Source: Deltaproteobacteria bacterium (GTDB taxonomy: Bacteria > Desulfobacterota > Syntrophia > Syntrophales > UBA6807). Taken from it: DNA of 64,000 bases. Where the stretch lies: assembly GCA_016935565.1 (NCBI GenBank), contig JAFGQS010000144.1:10966-74965 (forward strand), in the 5' to 3' direction. Shown here piece by piece: positions 35,337 to 47,105 of this stretch (position 1 is the first letter of the stretch; the number at the start of each line of letters is the position of its first letter). The position numbers and the translations under genes were made by a program. The notes under the pieces are model-generated. The model was not told the origin of the DNA. It saw only the letters and a program-made list of their open reading frames with translations, and searched no databases.

Positions 35337-36584
35337 ATGAACGTTTCAGACATAAAAAAGCAGACCATCAGTCAGCTCACGGCACTCGCGAAAGAACTTA
35401 AACTACCTGATGCCACAGGAATGAGGAGACAGGATCTCATTTTCGCTATTCTTCAAGCTCAAGCTGAAGAAGACGGAATTATTGAAGAAGAAGGTGTACT
35501 GGAAACACTTCCCGATGGCTTCGGATTTCTTCGGTCTGTGGGTTACAACTACCTTCCCGGCCCGGATGACATTTATGTTTCTCCCTCTCAAATCAGAAGA
35601 TTCAATCTCAGAACGGGAGACACCGTTTCGGGAGAGGTCAGACCTCCCAAAAACGGCGAAAAATATTTTGCTCTGTTGAAGGTCGGTTCAGTCAACTTTC
35701 AACCCCCCGAAGCAGCGAAAGATAAAATTCTGTTTGATAATCTTACCCCCCTTTATCCCGAAGAAAAATTATTGCTGGAATCGGATTCCGAAAACTACTC
35801 TACAAGGATAATGGACCTTTTCACCCCGATCGGAAAAGGTCAGAGGGGATTGATCGTATCACCTCCCCGTGCGGGCAAGACAGTACTTCTCAAAGATATA
35901 GCCAACAGTATTACAAAAAATCATGAGGAAGTTATTCTCATGGTTCTGTTGATTGATGAACGGCCTGAGGAAGTCACTGATATGGAAAGAAGCGTTAAGG
36001 GGGAAGTAATAGCCTCAACCTTCGATGAGACGGCACAACGTCACATACAAGTATCTGAAATGGTTCTTGAAAAAGCGAAGCGACTCGTAGAACATAACCG
36101 TGATGTCGTCATTCTCCTTGATAGTATAACAAGACTTGCCAGGGCCTACAACGCTGTCGTTCCACCCAGCGGCAAGGTTCTTTCCGGTGGTGTCGATTCC
36201 AATGCCCTTCACAAACCGAAAAGATTTTTCGGGGCCGCAAGAAATATAGAGTATGGTGGCAGTCTGACGATAATAGCAACGGCCCTCATTGAGACGGGAA
36301 GCAGAATGGATGAAGTTATTTTCGAAGAGTTTAAAGGTACGGGAAACATGGAACTTCATCTCGATCGCAGGATTGCCGATAGAAGGGTTTTCCCTGCTTT
36401 CGACCTTATACGATCGGGCACAAGGAAAGAAGAGCTGCTGACACAAAAAGAAAATTTAAACAGGATATGGATATTACGAAGGCTTCTTCAGGAAATGAAC
36501 CCCGTGGATGCCATGGAGTTCATCATTGACAAGATTCGAAAAACTGAAACGAATAAAGATTTTCTCAATTCGATGAATCAATAA
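35337..36584 (+). CDS. rho: Transcription termination factor Rho
   Basis: [49 protein letters not shown]. Confidence 0.98.
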   Translation: MNVSDIKKQTISQLTALAKELKLPDATGMRRQDLIFAILQAQAEEDGIIEEEGVLETLPDGFGFLRSVGYNYLPGPDDIYVSPSQIRRFNLRTGDTVSGEVRPPKNGEKYFALLKVGSVNFQPPEAAKDKILFDNLTPLYPEEKLLLESDSENYSTRIMDLFTPIGKGQRGLIVSPPRAGKTVLLKDIANSITKNHEEVILMVLLIDERPEEVTDMERSVKGEVIASTFDETAQRHIQVSEMVLEKAKRLVEHNRDVVILLDSITRLARAYNAVVPPSGKVLSGGVDSNALHKPKRFFGAARNIEYGGSLTIIATALIETGSRMDEVIFEEFKGTGNMELHLDRRIADRRVFPAFDLIRSGTRKEELLTQKENLNRIWILRRLLQEMNPVDAMEFIIDKIRKTETNKDFLNSMNQ

Positions 36585-36593
36585 AAAGATTTC

Positions 36594-36621
36594 TTGAAAT
36601 TAGCTTCCAAATGAATATAAT
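36594..36621 (+). promoter_or_regulatory. Sigma70-type promoter of rpmE
   Basis: TTGAAA-16 nt-TATAAT. Confidence 0.5.
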
Positions 36622-36687
36622 AGATGATTTACTTATCATGCGAACACTGAGGGCGCTGTCGCAACACCGAAGGAGGAACGAGAGAAA

Positions 36688-36915
36688 ATGAAACAAGAAA
36701 TACATCCGAAATACTCGGACGCTACAATAACCTGTGTCTGTGGTAATGTTATTAATACACGATCGACGAAGAAAGACATCAAGGTAGAAATCTGTTCCAG
36801 TTGCCATCCCTTCATAACGGGAAAACAAAAAATCGTCGATACAGCCGGCAGGATTGAAAGTTTTAGAAAAAAATATTCGGGCGTAGAAAACAAAAAGAAG
36901 AAGAAACAAAAATAA
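36688..36915 (+). CDS. rpmE: 50S ribosomal protein L31 (Zn-binding type)
   Basis: [33 protein letters not shown]. Confidence 0.96.
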   Translation: MKQEIHPKYSDATITCVCGNVINTRSTKKDIKVEICSSCHPFITGKQKIVDTAGRIESFRKKYSGVENKKKKKQK

Positions 36916-37076
36916 TTAAGTAAGACCCGTCAATTAAAGGACTACCACCACGATTGTCTATGTCAATGGTAATAATTTCCTACAACCTCGCAGGTGACAT
37001 GACCCTGTCAACCTGGACTTTCTTGTAGCAAATACCCTTCTCTGCCATAATCAATGTAAAATGTGAAAGGAGTGGT

Positions 37077-38147
37077 ATGTTTAAAAAACTGAAAGAAATT
37101 GAAAAAAGGCATAACGATCTTGAAAGAATGTTGAGTGATCCCGCCGTGGTGAATAATCGCTCAGCATTCCAGAAATGCGCAAAAGAACACGCCGACATTT
37201 CAGATATCGTTGAAACATACCGGGAATACGAAATAACAAGCAAACAGCTCGAGGAAGATCAGCAATTGCTTCGCGAGGGTGATGAAGAATTAAAAGAACT
37301 CGTGAAGGAAGAAATTCCGCTCCTTCGAAGCAGAATTGAAGACCTCGAAAACAGGTTAAAAATTCTGTTACTTCCCAAAGACCCCAATGATGAAAGAAAT
37401 GTTTTTTTAGAAATCAGGGCCGGTACGGGAGGAGAGGAAGCCGGACTCTTTGCGGCAGATCTCTTTCGTATGTATGCACGGTACGCAGAAATGTGCGGGT
37501 GGAAAATCGAAGTGGTCAGTTCGAGTCCTTCAGGGGGCTCGGGCGGATTCAAAGAGTTAATTATACTGATAGAAGGAAAGGGCGCATACAGTAAATTAAA
37601 ATATGAAAGCGGGGTTCATCGTGTGCAGAGGGTCCCTGTTACGGAAACCCAGGGGAGAATACATACCTCCGCCGTCACCGTGGCGGTGCTCCCCGAAGCG
37701 GAAGAAGTGGAAGTATTAATAGATCCGAATGACTTGAGAATAGATGTATTTCGTTCCACCGGTCATGGAGGACAAAGTGTGAATACGACCGACTCCGCCG
37801 TCAGAATCACCCATATTCCGACAGGATTAATCGTGACGTGCCAGGATGAAAAATCGCAGCACAAAAACAGGGCAAAGGCTTTGAAGGTGCTCAGGGCAAG
37901 GCTTCTCGACAGAATGACAGAAGAACAGAATGCAAAAATTTCAGAGGCAAGAAAAAATCAGGTCGGAAGCGGTGACAGAAGTGAGCGGATCAGAACATAT
38001 AATTTTCCACAGGGTCGGGTCACCGATCACCGTATTGGACTGACTCTCTACAGTCTGGAAAACATTCTTTCCGGAGATATTCAGGTCATCATTGATGCTC
38101 TTATCACACATTATCAAACCGAATCTCTAAAGGCAGCTTCTTTCTAA
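37077..38147 (+). CDS. prfA: Peptide chain release factor 1
   Basis: [21 protein letters not shown] (PVT), [18 protein letters not shown]. Confidence 0.97.
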   Translation: MFKKLKEIEKRHNDLERMLSDPAVVNNRSAFQKCAKEHADISDIVETYREYEITSKQLEEDQQLLREGDEELKELVKEEIPLLRSRIEDLENRLKILLLPKDPNDERNVFLEIRAGTGGEEAGLFAADLFRMYARYAEMCGWKIEVVSSSPSGGSGGFKELIILIEGKGAYSKLKYESGVHRVQRVPVTETQGRIHTSAVTVAVLPEAEEVEVLIDPNDLRIDVFRSTGHGGQSVNTTDSAVRITHIPTGLIVTCQDEKSQHKNRAKALKVLRARLLDRMTEEQNAKISEARKNQVGSGDRSERIRTYNFPQGRVTDHRIGLTLYSLENILSGDIQVIIDALITHYQTESLKAASF

Positions 38148-38257
38148 GGGTACAAATCACTTTACAACGACGGCATAAATATGTCACAGTTCCCTCGACG
38201 TGAAGGGAAGAGGGATTACTCTGACCATGCGACGAGGATCAGCAACACCGCTAAATT

Positions 38258-39127
38258 ATGAAACATAAAAAAACAGAACGTATCGTCGACATTCTGAACA
38301 CAATCGAGGACCAGCTTAAAAAATGTCATATCTCGACACCGAGACTTGATGCAGAGGTTCTGGTTGGCCACTATGTTAACAGAGATCGGTCAGCCCTTTA
38401 CCGAAATGGCGACTACCGTCCCACAGATGAAGAATTACAGGGACTGCAAACCGGTGTTGCACGGAGGATCAAAGGAGAACCGATTGCCTATATAACCGGC
38501 ATAAAAGAATTTTTTTCTCTCGAGTTTGAGGTTAATCACCATGTATTGATACCACGACCCGAAACAGAAATTCTTGTCGAAGAAATTCTGAGGCTCATCG
38601 GTAATAAGACGTTACAACGAGGGAAAATCCTGGAAATTGGAACGGGATGCGGGGCAATCAGCATAGCATTGGCAACCGAACTGACACAATTTTACTTTTT
38701 TGCCGCAGATATCTCTCAAAAAGCCCTTACCGTTGCAAAGAGAAATGCACGAAGAAACGGTGTGGCTGAACGTATTTTCTTCTTGTGCGGTAACCTGCTC
38801 GAATCTCTTTCAGAACAATTTGATATTATCGTCTCCAATCCGCCATATATTTCCGACGAGGAATTCAAACACATTTCCTTTGAAATCAGGAACCATGAAC
38901 CGAGAACGGCACTGATTGCCGGCCCTGATGGAACAGAGTTTCATCAGGCACTCATTAGGAACGGCGGTCCCCATTTGAGAAAAGGTGGCTGGCTTATCAT
39001 GGAAATGGGTTACGGACAATGGGAAACAATCGAAAGGTTGTTGAGGGAATCACAAAAGTATGATTATATAAGATGCCAGTATGATTACGCCGGAATAGAA
39101 AGAGTTGCTACAGCGAGGAGAAGATAA
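38258..39127 (+). CDS. prmC: Release factor glutamine methyltransferase
   Basis: [28 protein letters not shown]; follows prfA. Confidence 0.95.
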   Translation: MKHKKTERIVDILNTIEDQLKKCHISTPRLDAEVLVGHYVNRDRSALYRNGDYRPTDEELQGLQTGVARRIKGEPIAYITGIKEFFSLEFEVNHHVLIPRPETEILVEEILRLIGNKTLQRGKILEIGTGCGAISIALATELTQFYFFAADISQKALTVAKRNARRNGVAERIFFLCGNLLESLSEQFDIIVSNPPYISDEEFKHISFEIRNHEPRTALIAGPDGTEFHQALIRNGGPHLRKGGWLIMEMGYGQWETIERLLRESQKYDYIRCQYDYAGIERVATARRR

Positions 39128-39129
39128 GA

Positions 39130-40380
39130 GTGGATAAGATTATCATTCAGGGTGGAGAGAGACTGCATGGAGAGATAACGATCAGCGGCTCAAAAAACGC
39201 GGCCCTTCCGATTATTGCATCATCACTCCTGACAGAAGGATGGAATACCTTTCACAATGTGCCGAATCTGGCCGATATAAAAACGATAAAAAAGCTCTTG
39301 ATGAACCTTGGCGTCAACATCGATGGAGACAATCCCCTGAGACTCAATGCGGATCATATAACAAACTGCGAAGCATCATATAATCTCGTGAAGACGATGA
39401 GAGCATCAATTCTCGTCTTAGGACCCCTGGTGGCGAGAATGGGCCGGGCCCGGGTATCTCTTCCGGGAGGATGCGCAATCGGTGCACGGCCGGTCAATTT
39501 ACATCTCAAAGCCCTCAAGGAAATGGGCGCCGATATTGACCTCAAGGGAGGCTATGTCGAAGCAAAGGCATCGAAACTGAAAGGGTCAAAAATCTACTTC
39601 GATATTCCGACCGTTACGGGAACTGAAAATATTATGATGGCGGCCACGCTGGCAGAGGGAACGACCCTGCTGGAAAATTCCGCCCGGGAGCCTGAAGTGG
39701 TCAATCTTGCTCACGTTTTGAATCAAATGGGAGCAAAAATAAGAGGGGCCGGCACGGATATGATAGAAATTGAAGGGGTAACATCCCTTCATCCGGTAGA
39801 AGAAATGATAATACCCGACAGGATAGAAGCGGGAACGTATATGATTGCAGCCGGCTTGACGAACGGTGATGTCAAAATAATGGGATGCGAACCGGGTCAT
39901 CTCGACTCTCTCATTACAAAGCTTACGGAAGCAGGGATAGAGATTACATCGATCCCGGGAGGTCTTCGCGTCACCGGGAAAAAAAAGATAACCGGTGTCG
40001 ATATAAAGACACTCCCCTATCCCGGCTTTCCTACGGACCTCCAGGCACAAATGATTGTCTTAATGTCAGTAGCGAATGGAATCAGTGTCATTCGAGAAAC
40101 CGTATTTGAAAACAGATTCATGCATGTGAATGAATTACTCCGCATGGGTGCGGACATCATCGTCGAAGGAAACAGCGCCGTTGTCAGGGGTGTTCCCCGG
40201 CTTCGCGGCGCACCGGTCATGGCAACAGACCTGAGAGCCTCTGCTTCATTGATACTCGCCGGATTAGCGGCAGAAGGAACCACCGAGCTTTCCAGAGTCT
40301 ATCATATCGACAGGGGATACGAATGTATCGAAGAAAAACTGTCATCACTGGGAGCAAATATAAGGAGGGTAAAAGAATAA
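39130..40380 (+). CDS. murA: UDP-N-acetylglucosamine 1-carboxyvinyltransferase
   Basis: [46 protein letters not shown]. Confidence 0.97.
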   Translation: MDKIIIQGGERLHGEITISGSKNAALPIIASSLLTEGWNTFHNVPNLADIKTIKKLLMNLGVNIDGDNPLRLNADHITNCEASYNLVKTMRASILVLGPLVARMGRARVSLPGGCAIGARPVNLHLKALKEMGADIDLKGGYVEAKASKLKGSKIYFDIPTVTGTENIMMAATLAEGTTLLENSAREPEVVNLAHVLNQMGAKIRGAGTDMIEIEGVTSLHPVEEMIIPDRIEAGTYMIAAGLTNGDVKIMGCEPGHLDSLITKLTEAGIEITSIPGGLRVTGKKKITGVDIKTLPYPGFPTDLQAQMIVLMSVANGISVIRETVFENRFMHVNELLRMGADIIVEGNSAVVRGVPRLRGAPVMATDLRASASLILAGLAAEGTTELSRVYHIDRGYECIEEKLSSLGANIRRVKE

Positions 40381-40381
40381 G

Positions 40382-41668
40382 GTGAGACTTATCAGCACTG
40401 TTGAATCGACTTTCAATGCAGAACTGAAACGTATTCAAAATCGTGATATGTTTGTTGATGAAGCAATCACGCAGATTGTAAGAGAAATCGTAGAGAATGT
40501 TGCAACCGGCGGAGATAGGGCACTCTTTGGATACACGGAAAAATTTGATGGCGTTTTACTGGATTCGCAAACGGTAAAAGTCACTGAGGGTGATATTGAG
40601 GAAGCTATCAGAAGTATTGACGATGCGGATCTTGAGATTCTTAAACTGGCGGCACAGCGAATCGAGGCATTCCATAAAAAGCAAACAATGATTTCGTGGA
40701 TCGATTCGGACGAAGAGGGTATAGAACTCGGACAGATCATTCGCCCTCTCAATCGCGTTGGGATATATGCACCGGGAGGACGGGCCTCCTACCCGTCGAC
40801 AGTTCTTATGGCCGCCATACCGGCTGGTGTTGCCGGTGTCAGTGAAATAATTCTTGTAACACCCTCCGATAAGGGAACCCTCAATCCGCTGGTGCTGGCT
40901 GCGGCACGATTGGCAGGAATTGATACAATATTCAAAGTGGGAGGTGCCCAGGCAGTTGCTGCCCTGGCATACGGTACAGAGTCAATACCGCGTGTAGACA
41001 AAATTGTCGGTCCGGGTAACGTGTACGTAGCTGCTGCGAAAAAAATGGTGTATGGTCAGGTAGGTATAGATATGATAGCCGGGCCAAGTGAGATTGTTGT
41101 TATATCTGACGGAACAGCATCGCCGGTAATTGTGGCTGCCGATCTTCTGTCTCAGGCTGAACATGATGAGATGGCGTGCGCTCTTCTGTTGACACCGGTG
41201 AGAAGCTTTGCTGAACGAGTTGTCTCAGAGGTAATATCTCAGATACCGGCTCTCGAACGGGAATCAATAGCATCCAAGGCTATCACAGAGTATGGTGCGG
41301 CAATTGTTACGAGAGACATGGAGGAAGCAATTGATATTGCTAATATATTTAGCCCGGAACACCTGGAATTAATGGTTGAAAACCCACGTGAATTGCTTGA
41401 TCGGATAAAGAATGCCGGCGCCGTATTCCTCGGTTACAGTTCACCCGAAGCTGTTGGAGATTATATGGCAGGGCCAAACCATATTCTTCCAACAGGAGGC
41501 ACGGCACGGTTTTCTTCTCCTTTAGGCGTTTACGATTTTATGAAAAGGACCAGTGTTATCTCTTTTTCGGAAAAATCACTCATGAGGTATGGTCACAAAA
41601 TCGCACGTTTTGCAGCGTTGGAAGGACTTGATGCCCATAGAAAATCAATTACCGTTAGATTTCCGTAA
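40382..41668 (+). CDS. hisD: Histidinol dehydrogenase
   Basis: GIYAPGG, GGAQAVAALAYGT, IDMIAGPSE, QAEHD, PEHLE, GDYMAGPNHILPT. Confidence 0.97.
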   Translation: MRLISTVESTFNAELKRIQNRDMFVDEAITQIVREIVENVATGGDRALFGYTEKFDGVLLDSQTVKVTEGDIEEAIRSIDDADLEILKLAAQRIEAFHKKQTMISWIDSDEEGIELGQIIRPLNRVGIYAPGGRASYPSTVLMAAIPAGVAGVSEIILVTPSDKGTLNPLVLAAARLAGIDTIFKVGGAQAVAALAYGTESIPRVDKIVGPGNVYVAAAKKMVYGQVGIDMIAGPSEIVVISDGTASPVIVAADLLSQAEHDEMACALLLTPVRSFAERVVSEVISQIPALERESIASKAITEYGAAIVTRDMEEAIDIANIFSPEHLELMVENPRELLDRIKNAGAVFLGYSSPEAVGDYMAGPNHILPTGGTARFSSPLGVYDFMKRTSVISFSEKSLMRYGHKIARFAALEGLDAHRKSITVRFP

Positions 41669-41675
41669 AAAACCC

Positions 41676-41703
41676 TTGACAAAACAGTGCAGTCGGTTAT
41701 TCT
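41676..41703 (+). promoter_or_regulatory. Sigma70-type promoter of tRNA-Gly
   Basis: TTGACA-16 nt-TATTCT about 35 nt upstream of the tRNA. Confidence 0.5.
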
Positions 41704-41739
41704 AACACCACTTTTAATTGTAAAAACCATAATACCTGG

Positions 41740-41814
41740 GCGGGCGTAATTCAGGGGTAGAATGTCAGCTTCCCAAGCTGAACGTCGTGGGTTCAAGTCC
41801 CATCGCCCGCTCCA
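41740..41814 (+). tRNA. tRNA-Gly (anticodon CCC)
   Basis: Acceptor GCGGGCG/CGCCCGC, anticodon arm tcagc-ttCCCaa-gctga, T-arm gtggg-ttcaagt-cccat, discriminator U, encoded CCA. Confidence 0.95.
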
Positions 41815-41883
41815 TATTTTACTTGAAATGCCAATTTTTTTATGGTATAGGTGACAGCATTAAATTATGACTCTCAATTGTGG

Positions 41884-41910
41884 AGTGGGCTTTGCCCACT
41901 TTTTTATTTT
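41884..41910 (+). promoter_or_regulatory. rimP leader hairpin (terminator-like)
   Basis: agtgggc-ttt-gcccact followed by a T-run immediately upstream of rimP-nusA-infB. Confidence 0.7.
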
Positions 41911-41920
41911 GCGGGGAATC

Positions 41921-42400
41921 ATGAATGGTAACAATCAAACATACCGACAGAAGATAATGGGGTTGGTCACACCTGTTATTGATTTTGAACAGATGGAATT
42001 GATCGATGTAGAGTGCCTGAGGATGAAATCCCGCTGGCTTGTCAGGATATATATGGATAAAGAAGGCGGTGTTACACTCGATGATTGTACCACAATCAGC
42101 AATCAAGTTGGCGATTTACTTGATGTTCACGATATTCCGCCGGGACCTTATACCCTTGAAGTTTCCTCACCTGGTTTGGACCGTCCCCTGGCAAGAGACA
42201 AGGACTTTATAAAATACAGAGGATCGAAGGTAAAGATTCGGGTCAACAAAATCACTGAAGGAAAGAGGAATTTCCGGGGTTTATTGGTTGATTTCCTCCA
42301 AGAGGGTGAAAGAAAGACTCTCATTGTGGATGAGGGAAAGAAACGTTACCATATACCGAGAGAAAACGTGGCTAAAGCGAATCTCGAATATGAGATTTGA
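41921..42400 (+). CDS. rimP: Ribosome maturation factor RimP
   Basis: GGVTLDDC, YTLEVSSPGLDRPL; ATG 41921 preferred over 41867. Confidence 0.95.
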   Translation: MNGNNQTYRQKIMGLVTPVIDFEQMELIDVECLRMKSRWLVRIYMDKEGGVTLDDCTTISNQVGDLLDVHDIPPGPYTLEVSSPGLDRPLARDKDFIKYRGSKVKIRVNKITEGKRNFRGLLVDFLQEGERKTLIVDEGKKRYHIPRENVAKANLEYEI

Positions 42401-42432
42401 TACCGAAGCAATGGAAGGTGGAGGGTTTTTTC

Positions 42433-43728
42433 ATGTTGCCAGATCTTAAACGCCTGATCGAACAATTAGGTAAAGATAAAGGAATAGACAAAGAAATCAT
42501 CATTGATGCATTGGAAACAGCTGTATTGACTGCTGCGAAAAAGAAGCTGGGGCAAAATCTGGATATGGAAGCACACTTCAATGAAGAAGCTGGTGAAATT
42601 GAGGTCTTCCGGTTTATGACCGTTGTTGAAAATGTCTTGAATCCAGACACTCAGATTTCCATAGAAGAGGCACAAGAGACGCTGGATGAAGATGCAGAAC
42701 TGGGTGACAGTCTCGGCATGAAAATAGAAGCAAACACATTCGGCAGAATAGCAGTCCAGACAGCAAAGCAAATCATCATTCAAAAAGTAAGAGATGCGGA
42801 ACGAGACAAAATTTTCGATGAATACAAGGATCGAAAGGGAGAACTGGCCAGCGGTTTTGTACAGAGATTCGAAGGTGGGAATATCATCGTTAACCTGGGA
42901 AGAGCAGAGGGCGTTATTCCGCCGACGGAACAAATTCACAAAGAAGCATTTAAAAGAGGAGATAGAATCAGGGCATATATCTGTGATGTAAAGAGAATTT
43001 CAAAAGGCCCGCAAATTATACTTTCGAGAACTCATCCTGGTTTTTTGAAAACACTTTTTGAAATTGAAGTTCCCGAAATTTCCGAAGGATTGATTCAGAT
43101 AATCAGCGTCGCAAGAGAACCGGGAAATCGGTCAAAGATTTCCGTAAAAACGACAGATAAAGATATTGATCCTGTTGGTGCCTGTGTCGGGATGAGAGGT
43201 TCTCGTGTACAGAGTGTGGTCCAGGAATTACGAGGGGAGAAGATCGACATTGTTCCATGTTCAGATGATCAGGTAAAATACGTATGCAGTGCGTTATCCC
43301 CGGCCAAAGTTGACAGGGTCTATATGGAAGAAGATACGCAATCAATGGAGGTAATTGTCCCTGATGATCAACTTTCTCTTGCTATTGGAAAGAGCGGGCA
43401 GAACGTTCGATTGGCAGCACGGCTTACGGGATGGAAAATCGATGTCAAGAGTGATTCAATGATGCGTGGACAAAAAGATGAGGAATTTGGATCTCTTCTG
43501 AAAATTTCGGATATAGACGAAAATTCAGCAGAAATTCTCATCAAAGAAGGACTGAAAAATATTGAACTATTAGCCTCAGCTGATCCGGAAAAGGTAGCCT
43601 CACTAACTTCAATTCAAGGAATGAATATGGAAAAGGTATTGGGTTGGATTGCTGAGGCGGCGAATATTATGGCCAATGAAAATAATGGGCAAGACCGTTT
43701 ACAGTCTAACAAGAAAAAACTTGAATAG
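42433..43728 (+). CDS. nusA: Transcription elongation factor NusA
   Basis: FGRIAVQTAKQ, AREPG.RSK, DPVGACVGMRGSRV, LSLAIGKSGQNVRLA; ATG 42433 preferred. Confidence 0.97.
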   Translation: MLPDLKRLIEQLGKDKGIDKEIIIDALETAVLTAAKKKLGQNLDMEAHFNEEAGEIEVFRFMTVVENVLNPDTQISIEEAQETLDEDAELGDSLGMKIEANTFGRIAVQTAKQIIIQKVRDAERDKIFDEYKDRKGELASGFVQRFEGGNIIVNLGRAEGVIPPTEQIHKEAFKRGDRIRAYICDVKRISKGPQIILSRTHPGFLKTLFEIEVPEISEGLIQIISVAREPGNRSKISVKTTDKDIDPVGACVGMRGSRVQSVVQELRGEKIDIVPCSDDQVKYVCSALSPAKVDRVYMEEDTQSMEVIVPDDQLSLAIGKSGQNVRLAARLTGWKIDVKSDSMMRGQKDEEFGSLLKISDIDENSAEILIKEGLKNIELLASADPEKVASLTSIQGMNMEKVLGWIAEAANIMANENNGQDRLQSNKKKLE

Positions 43729-43744
43729 CCGGGAGTTTTAAGGA

Positions 43745-46393
43745 ATGTCCAAAACAAGAGTGTATGTTTTAGCCAAAGAATTAGGCTTAGATAACAAGGA
43801 ATTTATAACCCGTTTAGAGCAACTCGGCATAGCCGTTAAAGCTCATTCGAGTACGCTGAGCGACAGTGATGTCGAAAGGATTCGAAGAGAATTTGCTCTT
43901 GGTGAACGGAGTACGGTTGTTGAAAAAAGAGTAAAATCGACCGTTATCCGGCGAAGAAGAGTTGCCGAAATAACCGTCAAAGAAGTAACGCCACCTGACA
44001 CAGAAGAGAAGGAAACAGCAGAAACGGAAGTTGTACCTGTTAAGAAACCAGCGACAGATATTGAAACGAAACCGGAGATAGCAAAGAAAGAAGATACTGA
44101 ACCAATTGAAGCTAAAAAAGAAGAAGAGAAAAAAATTGCTGAAATATCAAGAGCCGAGGTTTTAGATGTCACGGAAACTAAGGTTTCCGATGCGAAGGCG
44201 GAAGCAGTAGAGGAAACACCGAGGATCGGAAAAGAAACAAAATCAGAAATCGAGAAAAAAGAAGTTACTGAACCAGTTGAAGCTAAAAAAGAAGAAGAGA
44301 AGAAGAAAGAAAAGATCAAACCAAAGGAGCTTAGAAAACCAGATGCTGAAAAGGCCGTAAAACCCGAAGAGATTGAGGATGCGGCAAAGAAAGTTTCGCC
44401 GGAGGTTGAAAAAAAGGAAAAACCAGAAGACGACAAGCTTGAGAAAAAAAAGAAACGTCCCGTCGAAGTAGTCATGGACGAGCAAGAAGCTCCGCGAAAA
44501 AAGGCATTCATCAAACAACGTATCGAAAAAAAGGCAAAGCGCCTTGAAAAGGATGTGGAAGAAGGAAGGATTGTAGCGCGCAAATCAGACAAGAAAGAGG
44601 CCGTCTTGAAGATGAAAAAGACGGAAATTACTACTCCGAAGGCCATAAAGAGAAGAATCAGGGTAGGAGAGGCAATACGCGTCGGCGACCTCGCAAAAAA
44701 AATGGGAGTTAAATCGAATGAACTTATCGGCAAGCTGATTTCTCTCGGTATCATGGTTACAATTAATCAATCGATCGATAGCGATGTTGCATCACTGGTA
44801 GCAAGTGATTTCGGGTATCAGGTCGAGCATATTGGTTTTGAGTACGATGAAATTGTCCAAAAAGTAGAAACGCCACCGGAAAAACTGCAACCAAGGGCAC
44901 CTGTCGTAACGGTCATGGGGCACGTTGACCACGGCAAAACGTCTCTTTTGGATGCCATCAGGGAAACCCATGTTATTGACGGCGAGGCGGGAGGAATAAC
45001 GCAGGCCATCGGTGCATACCATGTCCATATCAACGAGAGGGATATCGTATTTATAGATACACCGGGTCATGAGGCTTTCACATCGATGAGAGCCAGAGGA
45101 GCCCAGGTTACGGACATTGTGGTACTCGTCGTGGCTGCAGATGACGGCGTTATGGACCAGACCATAGAAGCAATCAACCATTCAAGGGCGGCAGGAGTAC
45201 CGATTATCGTCGCAATAAACAAAATTGATAAGTCGGGTGCCAATGCTGATCAGATCAAACAGAAACTCTCAGACCTGGATCTCGTCCCGGAAGCATGGGG
45301 AGGAGAAACAATATATGCAGAGGTTTCAGCTAAAAAGAGGATCGGAATCGAGGAATTGCTTGAACTGATTCTGCTTCAGGCGGATATTATGGAGCTGAAA
45401 GCTGATCCCGACAGGCCTGCACGAGGGGTCATTATTGAATCTACGCTTGATAAGGGACGAGGCCCTGTGGCGACAGTTATTATCCAGGAAGGCACCTTGA
45501 GAGAAGGAGATGCCTTTGTATCAAAAGCAGAGTATGGCCGGGTGAGGGCATTGATAGACGATAAGGGACTGCGAACAACCAACGCCGGTCCTTCCATGCC
45601 GGTTGAAGTTATCGGGTTCTCCAAGGTACCGAAGGCCGGTATGGAGTTCATATGTGTTGAAGATGAAAAGACGGCACGAAACATTGCCGAGTACTGGACG
45701 ACAAAAGAAAGGGAAAAAGAACTTTCAAAAACGTCAAAGATTACCCTTGAACAGTTATATGAAAGGATTAAAGAAGGAGCTAAGGAATTCAACGTCATTA
45801 TTAAGGGAGATGTCCAGGGATCAATAGAGGCGCTGTCAGATGCTCTCCTGAAGCTCAGTACGGAAGATGTAAAACTAAGGATTATTCATAGTTCGACCGG
45901 TGCCGTTACGGAGACTGATGTGTTACTGGCATCGGCAAGTGATGCCATCATCATTGGATTCAAGGTGAGACCTGATTCACGGGTTGAAGAAATGGCAGAA
46001 AAAGAAGGCGTTGAGATAAAACTCTACGATGTCATATATAACACCATCGCCGATGTAAAAGCCGGCATGGAAGGGTTACTCGAACCGATTTATAAAGAGA
46101 TTTTACAAGGTCGAGCAGAAGTGAGGGACCTCTTTAAAGTTCCCAAGGTGGGTACGATTGCAGGCAGTTATGTGATTGATGGTAAAGTTGCGAGAAATTC
46201 GAATCTCAGATTGGTGAGAGACGGTGTTGTGATTTACGATGGCAAGATACTATCGCTCAGGAGGTTTAAGGATGATGCGAAAGAAGTCGTGTCGGGTTTC
46301 GAATGCGGCATCGGGTTAGAAGGGTTTAATGATGTCAAAGTGGGAGACATTCTCGAATCATATATAGAAGAAGAGATTGAAAGAACGATATAA
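43745..46393 (+). CDS. infB: Translation initiation factor IF-2
   Basis: [44 protein letters not shown]. Confidence 0.98.
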   Translation: MSKTRVYVLAKELGLDNKEFITRLEQLGIAVKAHSSTLSDSDVERIRREFALGERSTVVEKRVKSTVIRRRRVAEITVKEVTPPDTEEKETAETEVVPVKKPATDIETKPEIAKKEDTEPIEAKKEEEKKIAEISRAEVLDVTETKVSDAKAEAVEETPRIGKETKSEIEKKEVTEPVEAKKEEEKKKEKIKPKELRKPDAEKAVKPEEIEDAAKKVSPEVEKKEKPEDDKLEKKKKRPVEVVMDEQEAPRKKAFIKQRIEKKAKRLEKDVEEGRIVARKSDKKEAVLKMKKTEITTPKAIKRRIRVGEAIRVGDLAKKMGVKSNELIGKLISLGIMVTINQSIDSDVASLVASDFGYQVEHIGFEYDEIVQKVETPPEKLQPRAPVVTVMGHVDHGKTSLLDAIRETHVIDGEAGGITQAIGAYHVHINERDIVFIDTPGHEAFTSMRARGAQVTDIVVLVVAADDGVMDQTIEAINHSRAAGVPIIVAINKIDKSGANADQIKQKLSDLDLVPEAWGGETIYAEVSAKKRIGIEELLELILLQADIMELKADPDRPARGVIIESTLDKGRGPVATVIIQEGTLREGDAFVSKAEYGRVRALIDDKGLRTTNAGPSMPVEVIGFSKVPKAGMEFICVEDEKTARNIAEYWTTKEREKELSKTSKITLEQLYERIKEGAKEFNVIIKGDVQGSIEALSDALLKLSTEDVKLRIIHSSTGAVTETDVLLASASDAIIIGFKVRPDSRVEEMAEKEGVEIKLYDVIYNTIADVKAGMEGLLEPIYKEILQGRAEVRDLFKVPKVGTIAGSYVIDGKVARNSNLRLVRDGVVIYDGKILSLRRFKDDAKEVVSGFECGIGLEGFNDVKVGDILESYIEEEIERTI

Positions 46394-46402
46394 TAATATA
46401 TC

Positions 46403-46744
46403 ATGGTTGTCGGAGTCGGAATAATAGAGATCTTTATCATAGATAGTAGATCCCTGAAGGAAAAGAGAAGGGTCTTACGGAGAATTATACAGAGGACCCA
46501 AAACAAATTTAACGTATCTATAGCGGAGATAGGAAACCAAGACCACTGGAAAAGAGGAACAATCGGTTTCAGTGTTGTCGGAAACGATAAAAGCTTCGTC
46601 AATTCAATGATGGATACAATATTGAAATTTATTGACGATCTTAAACTTGCCGAAGTGGTCAGCTCAAAGATTGAGATTACCACTATTTCTCATGCTATGG
46701 ATCGTTCATACGGTTTTCAAGATGACAAGTTTCACGAGTTTTAA
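46403..46744 (+). CDS. DUF503 (YlxP) family protein
   Basis: SLKEKR..KFNVSIAE..QDHW; conserved position between infB and rbfA. Confidence 0.88.
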   Translation: MVVGVGIIEIFIIDSRSLKEKRRVLRRIIQRTQNKFNVSIAEIGNQDHWKRGTIGFSVVGNDKSFVNSMMDTILKFIDDLKLAEVVSSKIEITTISHAMDRSYGFQDDKFHEF

Positions 46745-47105
46745 AAGGTCCGACAGGGTTGGTGATCTTATAAAATCAGAAATATCAGGGATACTGTTAA
46801 AAGATGTGAGAGACCCGCGGATAAAAAATATAACGATCACCGGGGTAAAGATGAGTGATGATCTTCGTTCGGCAAAGATATTTTTTGTTCCTCTTGGAAA
46901 AGAGACATGCAATAGTGAAACCATAGAGGGTTTGAAGAGCGCTTCCAAGTTCTTGCGGAGAGAGCTTGGAAAGAAATTACAGCTCCGTTATGTTCCTGAC
47001 ATAAACTTCATATACGACAGTTCATTTGAACACGGAGATCGTATTGACAGACTACTGGCAGAGATACAAAGGCAAAAAACAACAGATGATAAACAGAATT
47101 GTTGA
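46722..47105 (+). CDS. rbfA: Ribosome-binding factor A
   Basis: RSDRV, VRDPRI, DLRSAKIF, LRYVPDINFIYD; ATG 46722 preferred. Confidence 0.93.
   Translation: MTSFTSFKRSDRVGDLIKSEISGILLKDVRDPRIKNITITGVKMSDDLRSAKIFFVPLGKETCNSETIEGLKSASKFLRRELGKKLQLRYVPDINFIYDSSFEHGDRIDRLLAEIQRQKTTDDKQNC

Noticed and set aside
39130-41668. murA-hisD adjacency without hisG, and hisC located 22 kb away
   Set aside because: Scattered his genes are common; not informative from this window alone
43843-44754. 303-aa Ser/Phe-rich minus-strand ORF
   Set aside because: Mirror of the Glu/Lys-rich IF-2 linker
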